Of a DNA stretch of 64,000 bases, positions 30,292-41,246 are shown one piece after another. Location: NCBI GenBank assembly GCA_963701295.1, contig OY969585.1:160001-224000 (forward strand), given 5' to 3'. The notes under the pieces were generated by a model. The model was given only the letters and a program-made list of their open reading frames with translations. It was not told the DNA's origin and ran no database searches. How positions within the stretch are numbered: the first letter of the stretch is position 1; every line of letters starts with the position of its first letter. The DNA comes from Ignavibacteriota bacterium (GTDB lineage Bacteria > Bacteroidota > Ignavibacteria > UBA10030). The translations under genes and the position numbers were made by a program.

Positions 30292-30483
30292 TAAAGCAAG
30301 ATGCACCTTATTTAATGCCGTTTCCATGACTAATGTTGTGTTTCAAAAAATTTGATCACAAATGGAAACGAGCAGTACTCCCTTTTTATATATCCCATAG
30401 AAAAAAACGCAAGATTGCTTTTTTAGAAGTAGCATTAGCATCCCAATCTTTGCACATGCAAAAAGATTTGGATCCTTCAAAAT

Positions 30484-30519
30484 AAAACGACCTCCGGCAA
30501 AACTACACCGGAGGTCGTT
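30484..30519 (-). terminator. Terminator after lipoprotein B
   Basis: AACGACCTCCGG/CCGGAGGTCGTT 12-bp stem with an A-tract. Confidence 0.75.
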
Positions 30520-30562
30520 ACCATCCACCACCACAAAAACTACTGCGGGAGAGGTCTTTTGT

Positions 30563-31519
30563 TCATTCTACAACGTAAGGAATCGCCCAGATATTGGAGG
30601 AGAACGGCGCCTGATCGTCGTAGATCGATTGTCGTGTAATAGCTCCAACGTATACCAAGTATCTCCCGGCGAACGCCCGTGGCCAAACCCATCTATCTGA
30701 TTGGTATACTCTTGTGAATGTGCCATCTCCGTTGGAAACCGAACTAACTAACGCCATCGAAGCGCGCTGGTAAATGCATCCTGAGCTAAACCAGAATGGA
30801 CGATGGTCAACAACGATATCGCTGTCAGGATCCGTGCTCTTCACAGTGACTTGCACCTTGAAGGACGCCGCGGAACCCGGTTGCAACTCTCGAACTCCCC
30901 AGCGCCTGCTGTGCGTCATATTTGCAACTTGGAACAGCGAATCCAATGGATTGGTCACGCTGACGGTATCAGTGTTCATATAGAATGTCACATTTTGGAT
31001 TATCAACCCGCCGTCGTCCGTTCCACCCTGTACTCCAGAGATGGCGACCATCTTCCAGTTTCGCAGGGAATCAAATCCGGAAACTGGAACTTGGCTGAAT
31101 TCCACTTTGTGGATAATGGTTTCCGAGAGCGGTTTGTAAATAAGTGTGTCGCTAAGGCTTTGTTTGACACGTATCCACACTTGTCCCGTTAGAGTATTTG
31201 TCACAGTCGCTATAACTGTTGTGTCATTTAGCTGGTTGTAGGAAACGGATCGCGTCGCGTTCTCGATTTTACGCCCCCAACCGCGGGGGAGAATGGCAGT
31301 ATCTGTTTTTGCCAATGCCGGCACAGCATCACTCAATGCTGCTTGATCTGTGGTAAACAACTGATCCTGTGCAATGAGGCTTGCCATCGCGGCCTGATTC
31401 TGTTGTGATACAGGCATGGAATTGCTAGGCTGAGTTGCCATATTTGATGACTTCTCACATCCTGTCACGAACAGGAGCACCAAAATACCTGCACAAAGAA
31501 CAAAAAAGTATTGTCTCAT
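30563..31519 (-). CDS. Hypothetical lipoprotein B (paralog of 28876-29805)
   Basis: Lipobox VTGC; same conserved blocks as lipoprotein A; start MRQY preferred (ORF track 31531). Confidence 0.75.
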   Translation of the reverse strand: MRQYFFVLCAGILVLLFVTGCEKSSNMATQPSNSMPVSQQNQAAMASLIAQDQLFTTDQAALSDAVPALAKTDTAILPRGWGRKIENATRSVSYNQLNDTTVIATVTNTLTGQVWIRVKQSLSDTLIYKPLSETIIHKVEFSQVPVSGFDSLRNWKMVAISGVQGGTDDGGLIIQNVTFYMNTDTVSVTNPLDSLFQVANMTHSRRWGVRELQPGSAASFKVQVTVKSTDPDSDIVVDHRPFWFSSGCIYQRASMALVSSVSNGDGTFTRVYQSDRWVWPRAFAGRYLVYVGAITRQSIYDDQAPFSSNIWAIPYVVE

Positions 31520-31762
31520 AAGTCTCTCCATACTAGATGAAATATAGTGATTTGGTTATCTATTCTTATTTTCATGAAAGCATTATACAAATGCACGTAA
31601 ACCAACACACAATACATGACAAGTTTGGTGCCGTAGAAATCATAGGGACAATGGAGCAAAAACATCGAAACGCAATTTGTACTATGCAAACTTTGCACTT
31701 GGGCGCAGATATTGCACTCCAAATCTTTTTCCTGTGGAAAATGTGAATTATGTCGAGGGAAT

Positions 31763-31854
31763 AAACATCCTCGCAACAAGGCTGCGAGGTATTATGTCAC
31801 TCCTGCATGCGCGGGAGTCTATTGTTCTGGATTCCCGCTATTGCGGGAATGACA
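31763..31854. repeat. Cluster of palindromic repeats (CCTCGCA/TGCGAGG hairpin plus a GTCATTCCCG-type REP doublet)
   Basis: TGTCACTCCTGCATGCGCGGGAGTC ... GGATTCCCGCTATTGCGGGAATGACA. Confidence 0.7.
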
Positions 31855-32001
31855 CCGTAAGCGGCGGTATATTGGCCAGAGAAAGAAACGATTCTTTCTC
31901 TCTATTCATTCGTCAAGGCAAGCCTGAAACAAAACAATGCAGCTCTTCTTGAAAGAGGCACGCTTGTAAAAATGAATCAGGAGAGTCAGAAAAGATTCCG
32001 G

Positions 32002-32724
32002 TCACTCAGAGGTCGCAGCACCATCGTCGGACTGTGATTCGCTTCCTTCGATGATGACAACATATTCTCCGCGCGGCGGCTTCTGTTCGAGCTGCGCAAG
32101 AACGAATTTTACATTTCCGCGCACAATTTCTTCGAACTTCTTCGTCAGTTCGCGCGCAACGACAACTCGACGATTGCCGAAGAATGCAAGAACATCTGCC
32201 AATGTCTTGAGAATGCGATGGGGAGATTCATAGAGAATAATTGTGCGGGATTCTAATTTCAGCGACTCGAATTTTGTCTTCCGGCCTTTTTTCAACGGAA
32301 GAAATCCTTCGAACACGAATCGATCTGTCGGCAGGCCGCTCGCAATAAGCGCAGAAATAAACGCTGTTGGACCGGGGATGGGAATAATCGATATTCCATT
32401 TTCTAAAGCCTGTTGAACAATATAAAATGCTGGATCAGAAATTCCCGGCGTTCCTGCATCGGAGACAAGCGCGATGGATTGTCCAGCAAGAAGTTTTTCG
32501 ATTAATTGTGGCGCGCGCGCTTTCTCGTTGTAGCTATAATAACTCATCATTGGCCTGTTGATGTTATAATGATCAAGCAAAATTCTCGTCTTACGCGTAT
32601 CTTCCGCGGCAATAAGATCGACAGAACTAAGGACCTTCACAGCGCGGTATGTGATATCTTCTAAATTGCCAATAGGAGTGGCAACAAGATAGAGAATACC
32701 CGATGAAAGATATGAATTCTTCAT
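32002..32724 (-). CDS. rsmI: 16S rRNA (cytidine1402-2'-O)-methyltransferase
   Basis: LYLVATPIGNLEDIT, AAEDTR, SDAGTPGISDP, YESPHR, RELTKKFEE. Confidence 0.97.
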   Translation of the reverse strand: MKNSYLSSGILYLVATPIGNLEDITYRAVKVLSSVDLIAAEDTRKTRILLDHYNINRPMMSYYSYNEKARAPQLIEKLLAGQSIALVSDAGTPGISDPAFYIVQQALENGISIIPIPGPTAFISALIASGLPTDRFVFEGFLPLKKGRKTKFESLKLESRTIILYESPHRILKTLADVLAFFGNRRVVVARELTKKFEEIVRGNVKFVLAQLEQKPPRGEYVVIIEGSESQSDDGAATSE

Positions 32725-32823
32725 GTGCAGCTTCTTGAATTATTCCAACGAATGCTTAAATCCAGAATTACTCTCTATTCACATGTATGAATTCCAGCTC
32801 AAGACCGGAATGACAGTTTGTTC

Positions 32824-33669
32824 CTATATTCCCCAGTCGCGAACGTAACGGAAATCGACATTCACAGTACGGTAAGAAACTTTTGCGATCACCGGCGGGC
32901 GGCGCTTGAATTGGTTCTGCTGAATCATTCCACGCACTTTCTTGATGAGCGTTTCTTCGAATCCCAACGTCACTAATTCTTCGTCCGAATGCCGTTCATC
33001 GATCATCTCAAAGAGCAACGCATCAAGTTTTGCATAGGTTACACCCATTTCTGTCTCATCCGTCTGCCCTTCCCACAAATCCGCAGATGGTGCCTTCTCG
33101 ACGACCGACTTTGGAACTCCAAGTGTTTCTGCAAGCTGCCAGATCTGCGACTTATAGAGATCACCCACAGGATTGATTGCGCTCGCAAGATCGCCATGCT
33201 GAGTTCCATATCCAACAAGAATTTCCGTTTTATTACTTGTGCCGATCACGAGCGCCTTTTCACGTGCAGAGAGATCGTACAGCACTATCATCCGCATACG
33301 AGCCATCACATTGCCGCGGCGAAGTGAATCGGTAATCGCATGTTCTTCACAGTATCCATCCACCATTTTGCTGATATCCACAAGTTCCGAGCGAATGCCG
33401 GTCGCTTGAATGACGAGATTTGCATCTTCAACACTCTTAGGATTGCTCGTACGATAGGGGATCATCACACCAAGAACATTCTCTTTCCCAAGCGCTTCTG
33501 CCGCCAGCGTCGCCGATACTGCTGAATCAACACCACCGGAAATACCAACAACGGCTTTCGCAAATCCGGCATTCGTCGTCTGATCTTTGATAAACCTTAC
33601 AAGCACTTCCCGCACAATTTTGGTGTTGAGCTTAAGATCTGCCCGATTTGTTCGCTGCGATGTTTCCAT
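32824..33669 (-). CDS. nadE: NAD+ synthetase, single-domain (NH3-dependent) form
   Basis: GISGGVDS, GNVMARMRM, GTSNKTE, PSADLWEGQTDE, FKR. Confidence 0.95.
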   Translation of the reverse strand: METSQRTNRADLKLNTKIVREVLVRFIKDQTTNAGFAKAVVGISGGVDSAVSATLAAEALGKENVLGVMIPYRTSNPKSVEDANLVIQATGIRSELVDISKMVDGYCEEHAITDSLRRGNVMARMRMIVLYDLSAREKALVIGTSNKTEILVGYGTQHGDLASAINPVGDLYKSQIWQLAETLGVPKSVVEKAPSADLWEGQTDETEMGVTYAKLDALLFEMIDERHSDEELVTLGFEETLIKKVRGMIQQNQFKRRPPVIAKVSYRTVNVDFRYVRDWGI

Positions 33670-33681
33670 GTTATTTCTTTC

Positions 33682-35046
33682 TTACGCCGGCTTCATTTCT
33701 TTCAAACAGCGGCGAATAATGTCAATCCCTTCATCTACTTCTGCTTTCGACAAATTCAACGGTGGTCTAAAACGAATTGTCCTATCACTGCAGCCGATGA
33801 GCATGAGACCTTTTCCCAATGCCTTATTTTTAATCAGTTCACGGTTTTGGTGCGCATCCAGGTCCATTGCGCAGAAGAGACCAAGTCCGCGAACATTATT
33901 GATAAGATCCGGATATTCTTTCTCCAGTGCAAGAAGGTTCTTGTGCAAATATTCTCCTACGACACGGGCGTTTTCCACAAGATGTTCTTCATCGATAATT
34001 TCTAGAATCCTGGCAGCACGTACCATATCGATCAGATTGCCGCCAAACGTAGAGTTCAGGCGACTTGGTACATGAAAGACATTATCAGGTGTTTCATCGA
34101 TGCGTGTGCTTGAGATAAATCCACAGACATGCAACTTCTTACCAAATGACATCATGTCTGGTTTTACAAAATATTCATGCGCCCACATCTTACCTGTGAT
34201 GCCGACACCAACCTGCACTTCATCAAAAATAAGCATGATATCGCTTTCATCGCAGATAGTGCGCAATTCGGTAAAGAATTCTTTCCGAAAATAATTATCT
34301 CCGCCCTCTGCTTGAATCGGTTCGATAATGAGTGCCGCGATATCATCCGGATTTTGGTTGATAGCGTTTTTAATCTGATCAATTGCCACCATCTCTTCTT
34401 TTTTCACTTGTTCCAATATTGTATCTGTGATCGGAAAGGAAAGAATCGGATTGTGAATGCGAGGCCATTGAAATTTCGGGAAGTACTTGACCTTAAGAGG
34501 ATCAGTATTGGTCAATGACATGGTATAGCCGGTGCGCCCATGAAACGCATTCTTGAAGTGAATAACCTGCATGCCGACTTCGCGTGTATAATCTTTTGCA
34601 AGGTTCTTGCGCACTTTCCAATCGAATGCGGCTTTTAGTGCATTCTCATTCCCTAATGCACCTCCCTCTATAAAGAAGGCATACGGCAGATATGACGGCT
34701 GAGCAATGCGTGCAAATGTCTCAACAAACTCCGCCATCTCTACTGTATAGGCATCGGAGTTGGACGGCTTGTTGACTGCTGCACGCCCAAGCTTTTCAAG
34801 AAAGTCCGGAGTCGTCAACTTGGGATGATTCATACCCAATGCACCGGAAGCAAAGAATGTAAAGAAATCGAGCAGGGTTCGATTCGTCCGCGAATCGTAA
34901 ATATATGACCCATGACTTTTTTGAAGATCTACAACGAGATTAAAACCATCTGCCAGCATATGCCGGTTCAGCACTGTATGCACTTCAGACGGAAGGACTT
35001 TTATGGGGTTTGTTGTCGTCGGTTTTTCATTTTTCTTTTCGGACAT
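33682..35046 (-). CDS. lat: L-lysine 6-transaminase (class III aminotransferase)
   Basis: HMLADG, NKPSNSD, GALGNENALKAAFDWK, FHGRTGYTMSLTNTDP, EPIQAEGGD, FDEVQ, FGKK, STFGGNL. Confidence 0.9.
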   Translation of the reverse strand: MSEKKNEKPTTTNPIKVLPSEVHTVLNRHMLADGFNLVVDLQKSHGSYIYDSRTNRTLLDFFTFFASGALGMNHPKLTTPDFLEKLGRAAVNKPSNSDAYTVEMAEFVETFARIAQPSYLPYAFFIEGGALGNENALKAAFDWKVRKNLAKDYTREVGMQVIHFKNAFHGRTGYTMSLTNTDPLKVKYFPKFQWPRIHNPILSFPITDTILEQVKKEEMVAIDQIKNAINQNPDDIAALIIEPIQAEGGDNYFRKEFFTELRTICDESDIMLIFDEVQVGVGITGKMWAHEYFVKPDMMSFGKKLHVCGFISSTRIDETPDNVFHVPSRLNSTFGGNLIDMVRAARILEIIDEEHLVENARVVGEYLHKNLLALEKEYPDLINNVRGLGLFCAMDLDAHQNRELIKNKALGKGLMLIGCSDRTIRFRPPLNLSKAEVDEGIDIIRRCLKEMKPA

Positions 35047-35321
35047 GATGCACCTCGAAATTCACACTGTGAACGGATTCTGTGATTCTTGCACGTGCGA
35101 TACATTTACCGCACATACACCGATCCATCAGAAGAATTCCTGATGCTCATAGAACGAAATGATATATGGACGACCCATCATACTATAAATTACAAATATC
35201 CAGACACAAAAGCCAAATCCCGTTGTACTGGATCCCATAAGGCGGGACAAGTTTCAATTCTTATAATCTCATGAAGACGGAATTTCTTCATTTTACTTTT
35301 TGGAATTTGAGATATCCATCT

Positions 35322-36809
35322 TCAATAATTATCAATTTGCGCACGCTGAAGCCTGCCGCTGTAATCGATATACACGGATTTCCACTCGGTAAAAAAATCG
35401 TACACCGCCCAGCCGCCTTCGCGGTGACCATTTCCGGTCTGCTTCACCCCGCCAAATGGTAAATGCGCTTCTGCACCAATTGTCGGTACATTGATGTACG
35501 TGATGCCCGCCTGAATGTCACGGATTGCAGCAAATGCTTTATTCACATCCCGAGTGTACACAGAGGAAGATAAACCGTAGATTGTTCCATTTAAAATTCC
35601 AACAGCTTCTTCAAGTGATGTTGTTCGAATAACAGAAAGCACCGGACCGAAGATTTCTTCCTGAGCAATACGCATAGTTGGCTTCACATTGTCAAAGATC
35701 GTCGGCTCATAAAACCAACCCTTTGCCAAATCACCTTGATGTGCAACAGTACCGCCGCACACAAGTTGAGCACCTTCATTCTTTCCGATTTCTACATACG
35801 ACTGCACAATTTTTCGCTGAGCTTCATTGATACAAGGACCGACATCGATCGTCGGAAGAAGTCCGTTGCCCAGTTTAAGTCTCTTCGTCCGTTCCACCAA
35901 CATCTCCATAAACTTCTCATAGACATTTTCATGAAGAATCAATCGGCTTGTTGCTGTACAGCGCTGACCTGTAGTACCGAACGCACCCCATAACACACCA
36001 TCGAGAGCAAGAACGAGATCGGCATCATCCATCACAATTTGTGCGTTCTTGCCGCCAAGTTCCAATGAGACATGTTTGAGGGTCGCACTTGCATCCCGCG
36101 AAATTTGCCTGCCAATTTCGGATGAACCAGTAAATAAAATCATATCAACATCAGGATGTGTAACGATGGCATTGCCCACTTCGCCGCCAGCGCCATGGAC
36201 GAGATTCACAACGCCTTCTGGAACTCCCGCTTCCATCATTATTTGAATAAGTGTTGTCGCTGTCTTTGGTGTATCGCTTGCGGGTTTAAAGACAACCGTA
36301 TTGCCAGAAAGGATAGCTGGAAAAATTCCCCAAGTGGGAATTGCCATCGGAAAATTCCATGGAGTGATAATACCTGCAACACCAATCGGAACACGGATTG
36401 CCATGGCAAACTTGTTGGGAAGTTCAGACGGTACGGTGTGCCCAAACAACCGACGTCCTTCTGTCGCTGCATAGTACGCGGTATCGATCCCCTCTTGAAC
36501 ATCACCCCGAGTTTCATCGAGCACTTTTCCCATTTCACGTGTCATCTCACGAGCAATCTCTTCTTTATTCTTCACAAGAAGGTCGCCTATTTTTCTTAAG
36601 ATGTCGCCGCGTGCCGGCGCCGGCATTAATCGCCACTTCTCATATGTCGCACGAGCAGCTTTCACTGCTTCGTCAACATCTTCCTTTCCTGATTTTGGAA
36701 ACAATCCGACGATATCATCCCAATGAGCCGGATTACGGTTAGCAGACGTCTTTCCCGATTTCGCGTCAACCCACTTTCCGTTAATGAAGTTTTGAAATTT
36801 TTGGGGCAT
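35322..36809 (-). CDS. Aldehyde dehydrogenase family protein
   Basis: [34 protein letters not shown]; GGAGG RBS before MPQK (ORF track 36821). Confidence 0.92.
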   Translation of the reverse strand: MPQKFQNFINGKWVDAKSGKTSANRNPAHWDDIVGLFPKSGKEDVDEAVKAARATYEKWRLMPAPARGDILRKIGDLLVKNKEEIAREMTREMGKVLDETRGDVQEGIDTAYYAATEGRRLFGHTVPSELPNKFAMAIRVPIGVAGIITPWNFPMAIPTWGIFPAILSGNTVVFKPASDTPKTATTLIQIMMEAGVPEGVVNLVHGAGGEVGNAIVTHPDVDMILFTGSSEIGRQISRDASATLKHVSLELGGKNAQIVMDDADLVLALDGVLWGAFGTTGQRCTATSRLILHENVYEKFMEMLVERTKRLKLGNGLLPTIDVGPCINEAQRKIVQSYVEIGKNEGAQLVCGGTVAHQGDLAKGWFYEPTIFDNVKPTMRIAQEEIFGPVLSVIRTTSLEEAVGILNGTIYGLSSSVYTRDVNKAFAAIRDIQAGITYINVPTIGAEAHLPFGGVKQTGNGHREGGWAVYDFFTEWKSVYIDYSGRLQRAQIDNY

Positions 36810-36823
36810 AGTGGCCTCCAAGC

Positions 36824-38119
36824 TTAATGAATTCCAACATGTTCAAAGATATAGTCAATGTGCTTCAGGCTTCGTTTCGGATCAAACAATGCATCAATCT
36901 CTTTGACGGAAAGAATCTTCATTACATCTACACTTTCGAGAAGCAGCGTCTTAAATTCCTTTTCTTCCTTCCATACTTTCATTGCTTGTTCCTGCACCAT
37001 TTTATATGCATCCTCGCGCTTCAAGCCTTTCTTCGTCAACGCCAGCAATACTTCTTGCGAGAAAATGAGTCCACGCGTAGTATTAAGGTTACGCGTCATA
37101 TGATCGGGATAGACAAGCAGATTATCGATGATCTTCGTCATATCTGCAAGAATGAAATCGAGAAGAATACAACTATCCGGTATAATCACGCGCTCAACCG
37201 ACGAATGCGAAATGTCGCGTTCGTGCCATAATGCAACATTCTCCATCGCCGCAAGAGCATTCGAACGTAACACCCGCGCTAATCCTGCTATACGTTCGCA
37301 GACAATGGGATTTCGTTTATGCGGCATTGCCGAAGAGCCTTTTTGGCCTTTCGAGAAATATTCTTCCGCTTCCAATACTTCGGTTTTTTGGAGATGCCGA
37401 ATTTCCGTTGCAAATTTTTCTAATGAACATCCGCAGATTGCGAGTGTATTCATAAATTCTGCGTGGCGGTCACGCTGAAGTACTTGAGTTGAAATTTGCG
37501 CCGGCTGCAGGCTAAGTTTCTTACAAACATAGCGTTCAACAGCGGGATCAAGATGCTGATATGTGCCTACTGCACCGGAAATTTTTCCAACAGAAATCGT
37601 TTCCAACGCCGTCTTGAGCCGCTCGATATCACGCATAATTTCTGCGTACCATACGGCAAGTTTCAGTCCAAACGTCACCGGTTCGGCATGAATGCCATGG
37701 GTTCTGCCAATCATGATTGTGTGTTTAAATTCCTTCGCCCGTCGTGCAAGAACGTCTCTTAATCCTTCCATCCCTTTCAGCAGCAACTCTGCGGACTGTT
37801 TCATTTGAACAGCCAATGCAGTGTCGAGAACATCTGAAGATGTCATTCCAAGGTGAATGAAACGCGACTCGGGTCCGACATATTCACCAACATTCGTCAG
37901 AAACGCGATAACATCATGCTTCACTTCCTGTTCAATTTCGAGAATGCGTGCAACTTTGAAATTTCCTTTTTCTCGAATGAGTTTCACGGCTTTTTTCGGA
38001 ACAACACCAAGTTTCGCCTGCGCTTCGCATGCCAGCGTTTCAATTTCTAACCACACACGAAATTTATTTTCGTCTTCCCAAATTTTCCCCATTGCGGGGC
38101 GTGTATATCGTTCTATCAT
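36824..38119 (-). CDS. purB: Adenylosuccinate lyase
   Basis: MIERY, HDVIAF, TSSD, GRTHG, GSSAMPHKRNP, ERDISHSS. Confidence 0.97.
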   Translation of the reverse strand: MIERYTRPAMGKIWEDENKFRVWLEIETLACEAQAKLGVVPKKAVKLIREKGNFKVARILEIEQEVKHDVIAFLTNVGEYVGPESRFIHLGMTSSDVLDTALAVQMKQSAELLLKGMEGLRDVLARRAKEFKHTIMIGRTHGIHAEPVTFGLKLAVWYAEIMRDIERLKTALETISVGKISGAVGTYQHLDPAVERYVCKKLSLQPAQISTQVLQRDRHAEFMNTLAICGCSLEKFATEIRHLQKTEVLEAEEYFSKGQKGSSAMPHKRNPIVCERIAGLARVLRSNALAAMENVALWHERDISHSSVERVIIPDSCILLDFILADMTKIIDNLLVYPDHMTRNLNTTRGLIFSQEVLLALTKKGLKREDAYKMVQEQAMKVWKEEKEFKTLLLESVDVMKILSVKEIDALFDPKRSLKHIDYIFEHVGIH

Positions 38120-39336
38120 TATTTTCCCTTCGGTGTTGCTGCAAGTGTCAGATTTATATCTATGGTCTTGTGTTCGCGGTAAATTTTGAATTTCAAAATA
38201 TCGCCCGGACTCAATTCGATCATCACAGCAAGAATGTCACTATCCGAATTCACTTTCTCGCCATTCACTTCAAGAACGATGTCGCCAACTTTCAGGCCTG
38301 CTGTTTCTGCGGGTCCGCCGGAATGAATATCGCTGACGATAACACCTTGCGGCTGTTTCATCCCGAAATATCGAGCGATGCGGGTATCCACCGGCTGCAC
38401 ATCGAAACCTGCAGTAATATCGTGCGCAACCTTTCCCTTTTTCTTTAAATCGGTGACGACTTTTTTAATTTTATTGACAGGAATTGCAAACCCGTACCCG
38501 ATATACGTACTGCTTTGTCCGCCGGTAAAGATCAATGTGTTCATCCCGATCACTTCTCCACTGCTGTTGACAAGCGGTCCGCCGCTGTTGCCTCCGTTGA
38601 TTGCTGCATCTGTTTCAATCATATCGCGATAATAACGGTTTTGCAATTGTCCCAACTTCATCCCTGTAGAACTAATGACACCGACCGTCACAGTCGGTTT
38701 GTCGTTAATCTCGAATAAACCGAACGGATTTCCCAGAGCAATAGCCCATTCACCAATAACTACATCATCAGAATTGCCTAACGTAACATACGGAAGATCT
38801 TTTCCGTCGACCTTTAGCAGACAAATATCCGTTGCCGGATCGGTACCGATGAGTTTTGCTTTCATCTGTTTTCCGCCCGTGATGGTAATTGTGATATCCG
38901 TTCCATTTCCTGCAACGTGATCGTTCGTAACGATATATCCATCCGGCGAGATGATAAAACCGGAACCAAGCTCTTTCACTTCTTGATTGTAGACACGGTC
39001 TCCAAAAAAAGGCTTGAAGAATGGATCATCAAAAAATTGCGAGAACGGATCGCGATACCGAATCTGCTGCACCGCAATAACATTGATACCGACAACTGCA
39101 GGACTTAATTTTGCTACTGCGCGTGTGATGGCGTTCTGCCGGGATAAGATAAGCTGGTCAACCTCTTGTGCATTTTTTTCCTGTGCTTGTCCAGTTGATG
39201 AAAATGTTTGATCAAAAGCTGTAGTGGCAGCTTGTGCTGATTGCACTCCTGCTGGTTTTACAACATATCCGATACCGAAACCAATAAGCAACGGCACAGT
39301 TAATATTATAAAGAAACGTACATAAGGATTATTCAT
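38119..39336 (-). CDS. HtrA/DegP-family serine protease with one PDZ domain
   Basis: GSGFII, VTNDHV, TDAAINGGNSGGPL, C-terminal PDZ; TAATG overlap with purB. Confidence 0.92.
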   Translation of the reverse strand: MNNPYVRFFIILTVPLLIGFGIGYVVKPAGVQSAQAATTAFDQTFSSTGQAQEKNAQEVDQLILSRQNAITRAVAKLSPAVVGINVIAVQQIRYRDPFSQFFDDPFFKPFFGDRVYNQEVKELGSGFIISPDGYIVTNDHVAGNGTDITITITGGKQMKAKLIGTDPATDICLLKVDGKDLPYVTLGNSDDVVIGEWAIALGNPFGLFEINDKPTVTVGVISSTGMKLGQLQNRYYRDMIETDAAINGGNSGGPLVNSSGEVIGMNTLIFTGGQSSTYIGYGFAIPVNKIKKVVTDLKKKGKVAHDITAGFDVQPVDTRIARYFGMKQPQGVIVSDIHSGGPAETAGLKVGDIVLEVNGEKVNSDSDILAVMIELSPGDILKFKIYREHKTIDINLTLAATPKGK

Positions 39337-39370
39337 AGCACAACCTCTTCTTAAAAATAAAATTTAGATA

Positions 39371-39982
39371 TTAATGCTCAATTTTTAAAAGAATCTTCAC
39401 GGTATCCCAATGACTCATGAGAAGAATCCCACTTAAGATAAACGAAAACAATCGATAATCAGTTGCAGATACTTTACGTATCATAAATATATCAATCCAT
39501 GTTGAAGGAAGCACAAGTAGAATAACGGGCGTAAGAAAGATAGCAACAAGATTCGCGTTCAAAACGTCTTTGATAATCTTGATTGAACTAAACCACATCA
39601 GGCACCAAACAATAGTGTAGCTGACCCCAATGGTGAACATACCGCCAGCCGCAGTTGATAATCCTCTTCCACCATGAAATCGCAGCCATACCGGATAATT
39701 ATGTCCAATGATTGCTCCAGTCAATGCCAATGATTGAATCCAGAAAGATCCCCCAAGCAGTTGTTCGGCTGCCAATGCAACAGCCAATCCTTTTACTCCA
39801 TCTAATATACCAACCACAATCCCCGTTTTTTTTGATTGTGTCACACTGTATGCATTGAGAGCGCCAACATTTCTGCTGCCTTGCGTGCGCACATCCAGTC
39901 CTGCCCTCAGACGAACAACGATATATGCCGTGGGAATAGAGCCGACAAGATACACAGCAAGAATACCTATAATGACGATCAA
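39371..39982 (-). CDS. PlsY-like glycerol-3-phosphate acyltransferase, divergent paralog
   Basis: [32 protein letters not shown]; motif 3 degenerate. Confidence 0.8.
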   Translation of the reverse strand: MIVIIGILAVYLVGSIPTAYIVVRLRAGLDVRTQGSRNVGALNAYSVTQSKKTGIVVGILDGVKGLAVALAAEQLLGGSFWIQSLALTGAIIGHNYPVWLRFHGGRGLSTAAGGMFTIGVSYTIVWCLMWFSSIKIIKDVLNANLVAIFLTPVILLVLPSTWIDIFMIRKVSATDYRLFSFILSGILLMSHWDTVKILLKIEH

Positions 39983-40029
39983 TCCATTACACCTGTATTA
40001 TTGTGGCTATTGAATACATCTCTATGAGA

Positions 40030-40058
40030 AAATTACGGAAAAGTGAAGGGGAAAGCAA
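40030..40058 (-). promoter_or_regulatory. Putative promoter for the plsY-like/htrA/purB block
   Basis: TTGCTT-N17-TAATTT. Confidence 0.45.
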
Positions 40059-40185
40059 CTGGAGCAAAGAAGCGATGAGCCTGTAAGTAGATGAGAAATT
40101 TCCACTATAGTCAGATATGACTATGAGATAGAGTCAATAAGAATTATAGCGGCTCGAAGACCTGTATTCTTATCAGGTCGATGAC

Positions 40186-41190
40186 TCAATGCGCTCCCTC
40201 ACCGCGTGTATCGCGGCCCATCAAATCAAGCGTGGCTTGACGGGGATTCTTATCTTCAAAGAGAACGCGGTACACTTCTTCAGCCATCGGCATCTCGATA
40301 TGATGCTTCTGAGCAAGCTGGTGGACAGACTTCGCTGTCGGCACACCTTCGGCGACCATAACCATTCCACCCAATACATCCGCGACACTACATCCTTTGC
40401 CGACTTCTTCACCGACATAACGATTACGACTGTGCCGGCTCATGCAAGTAACAATCAAATCGCCCATTCCAGAGAGGCCAGCAAATGTAATCGGCTGTGC
40501 ACCCATTTTTGCACCGAGACGCGTAATCTCATAGATACCACGCGTCATAATTGCTGCCTTCGTATTATCGCCAAAACCTGCGCCGTCGCTCAATCCTGCT
40601 GCTATAGCAATAACGTTTTTAATTGCACCACCAAGCTCGACACCGCGGATATCTTCATTCACATATACTCGGAAGTAGTTGGTCATAAAGGCTTCCTGCA
40701 CCATCTTCGCTGTTTTCATCTTAAAAGATGCAGACACAATCATCGTCGGGATTTTCAAACTCACCTCTTCCGCATGGCTTGGACCGGATAGGATCGCGAG
40801 GTTTTCTTTGCGTTCATGCATTAAGACATCCAGCAACACCTCCGACATGGTCATGAGCGAACCATTTTCAATTCCCTTAGCAACATTGCATATAATAGTG
40901 TGTTCCAGATCAAGATGAGCGATGCGTTGGAGAACAGAGCGGAGGAATTGAGACGGTACTGCCGCCACAATCATATCGCGTTCTTGACATGACGTTTCGA
41001 TGTCTGTCGTAATTTCGATTTCAGGCGGCAGAGATATACCGGGAAGGAATTCCACGTTCTCGTGTTTCTCACGCAGATACTCTGCTTGCGTGTCATCAAA
41101 GGTCCATAAATTGACTTTATGATGATTGTCATGCAGAACGAGAGCAAGTGTCGTTCCCCAGCTACCGGCACCAAGAACGGTAATCTTCAT
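40186..41190 (-). CDS. gpsA: NAD(P)H-dependent glycerol-3-phosphate dehydrogenase
   Basis: GAGSWGT, SGPSHAEEV, GGAIKNVIAIA, GDLIVTC.S.HSRN, VAEG. Confidence 0.97.
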   Translation of the reverse strand: MKITVLGAGSWGTTLALVLHDNHHKVNLWTFDDTQAEYLREKHENVEFLPGISLPPEIEITTDIETSCQERDMIVAAVPSQFLRSVLQRIAHLDLEHTIICNVAKGIENGSLMTMSEVLLDVLMHERKENLAILSGPSHAEEVSLKIPTMIVSASFKMKTAKMVQEAFMTNYFRVYVNEDIRGVELGGAIKNVIAIAAGLSDGAGFGDNTKAAIMTRGIYEITRLGAKMGAQPITFAGLSGMGDLIVTCMSRHSRNRYVGEEVGKGCSVADVLGGMVMVAEGVPTAKSVHQLAQKHHIEMPMAEEVYRVLFEDKNPRQATLDLMGRDTRGEGAH

Positions 41191-41246
41191 AATATTAATG
41201 GCACGTCAGGTTAAGATTCTTTGCCAGCTTGAGAATCGAGTGTTGT

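Noticed and set aside
35047-35321. Possible lysine riboswitch upstream of lat
   Set aside because: No L-box consensus (AGAGGNGC, loop E, kissing loops); only a short hairpin.
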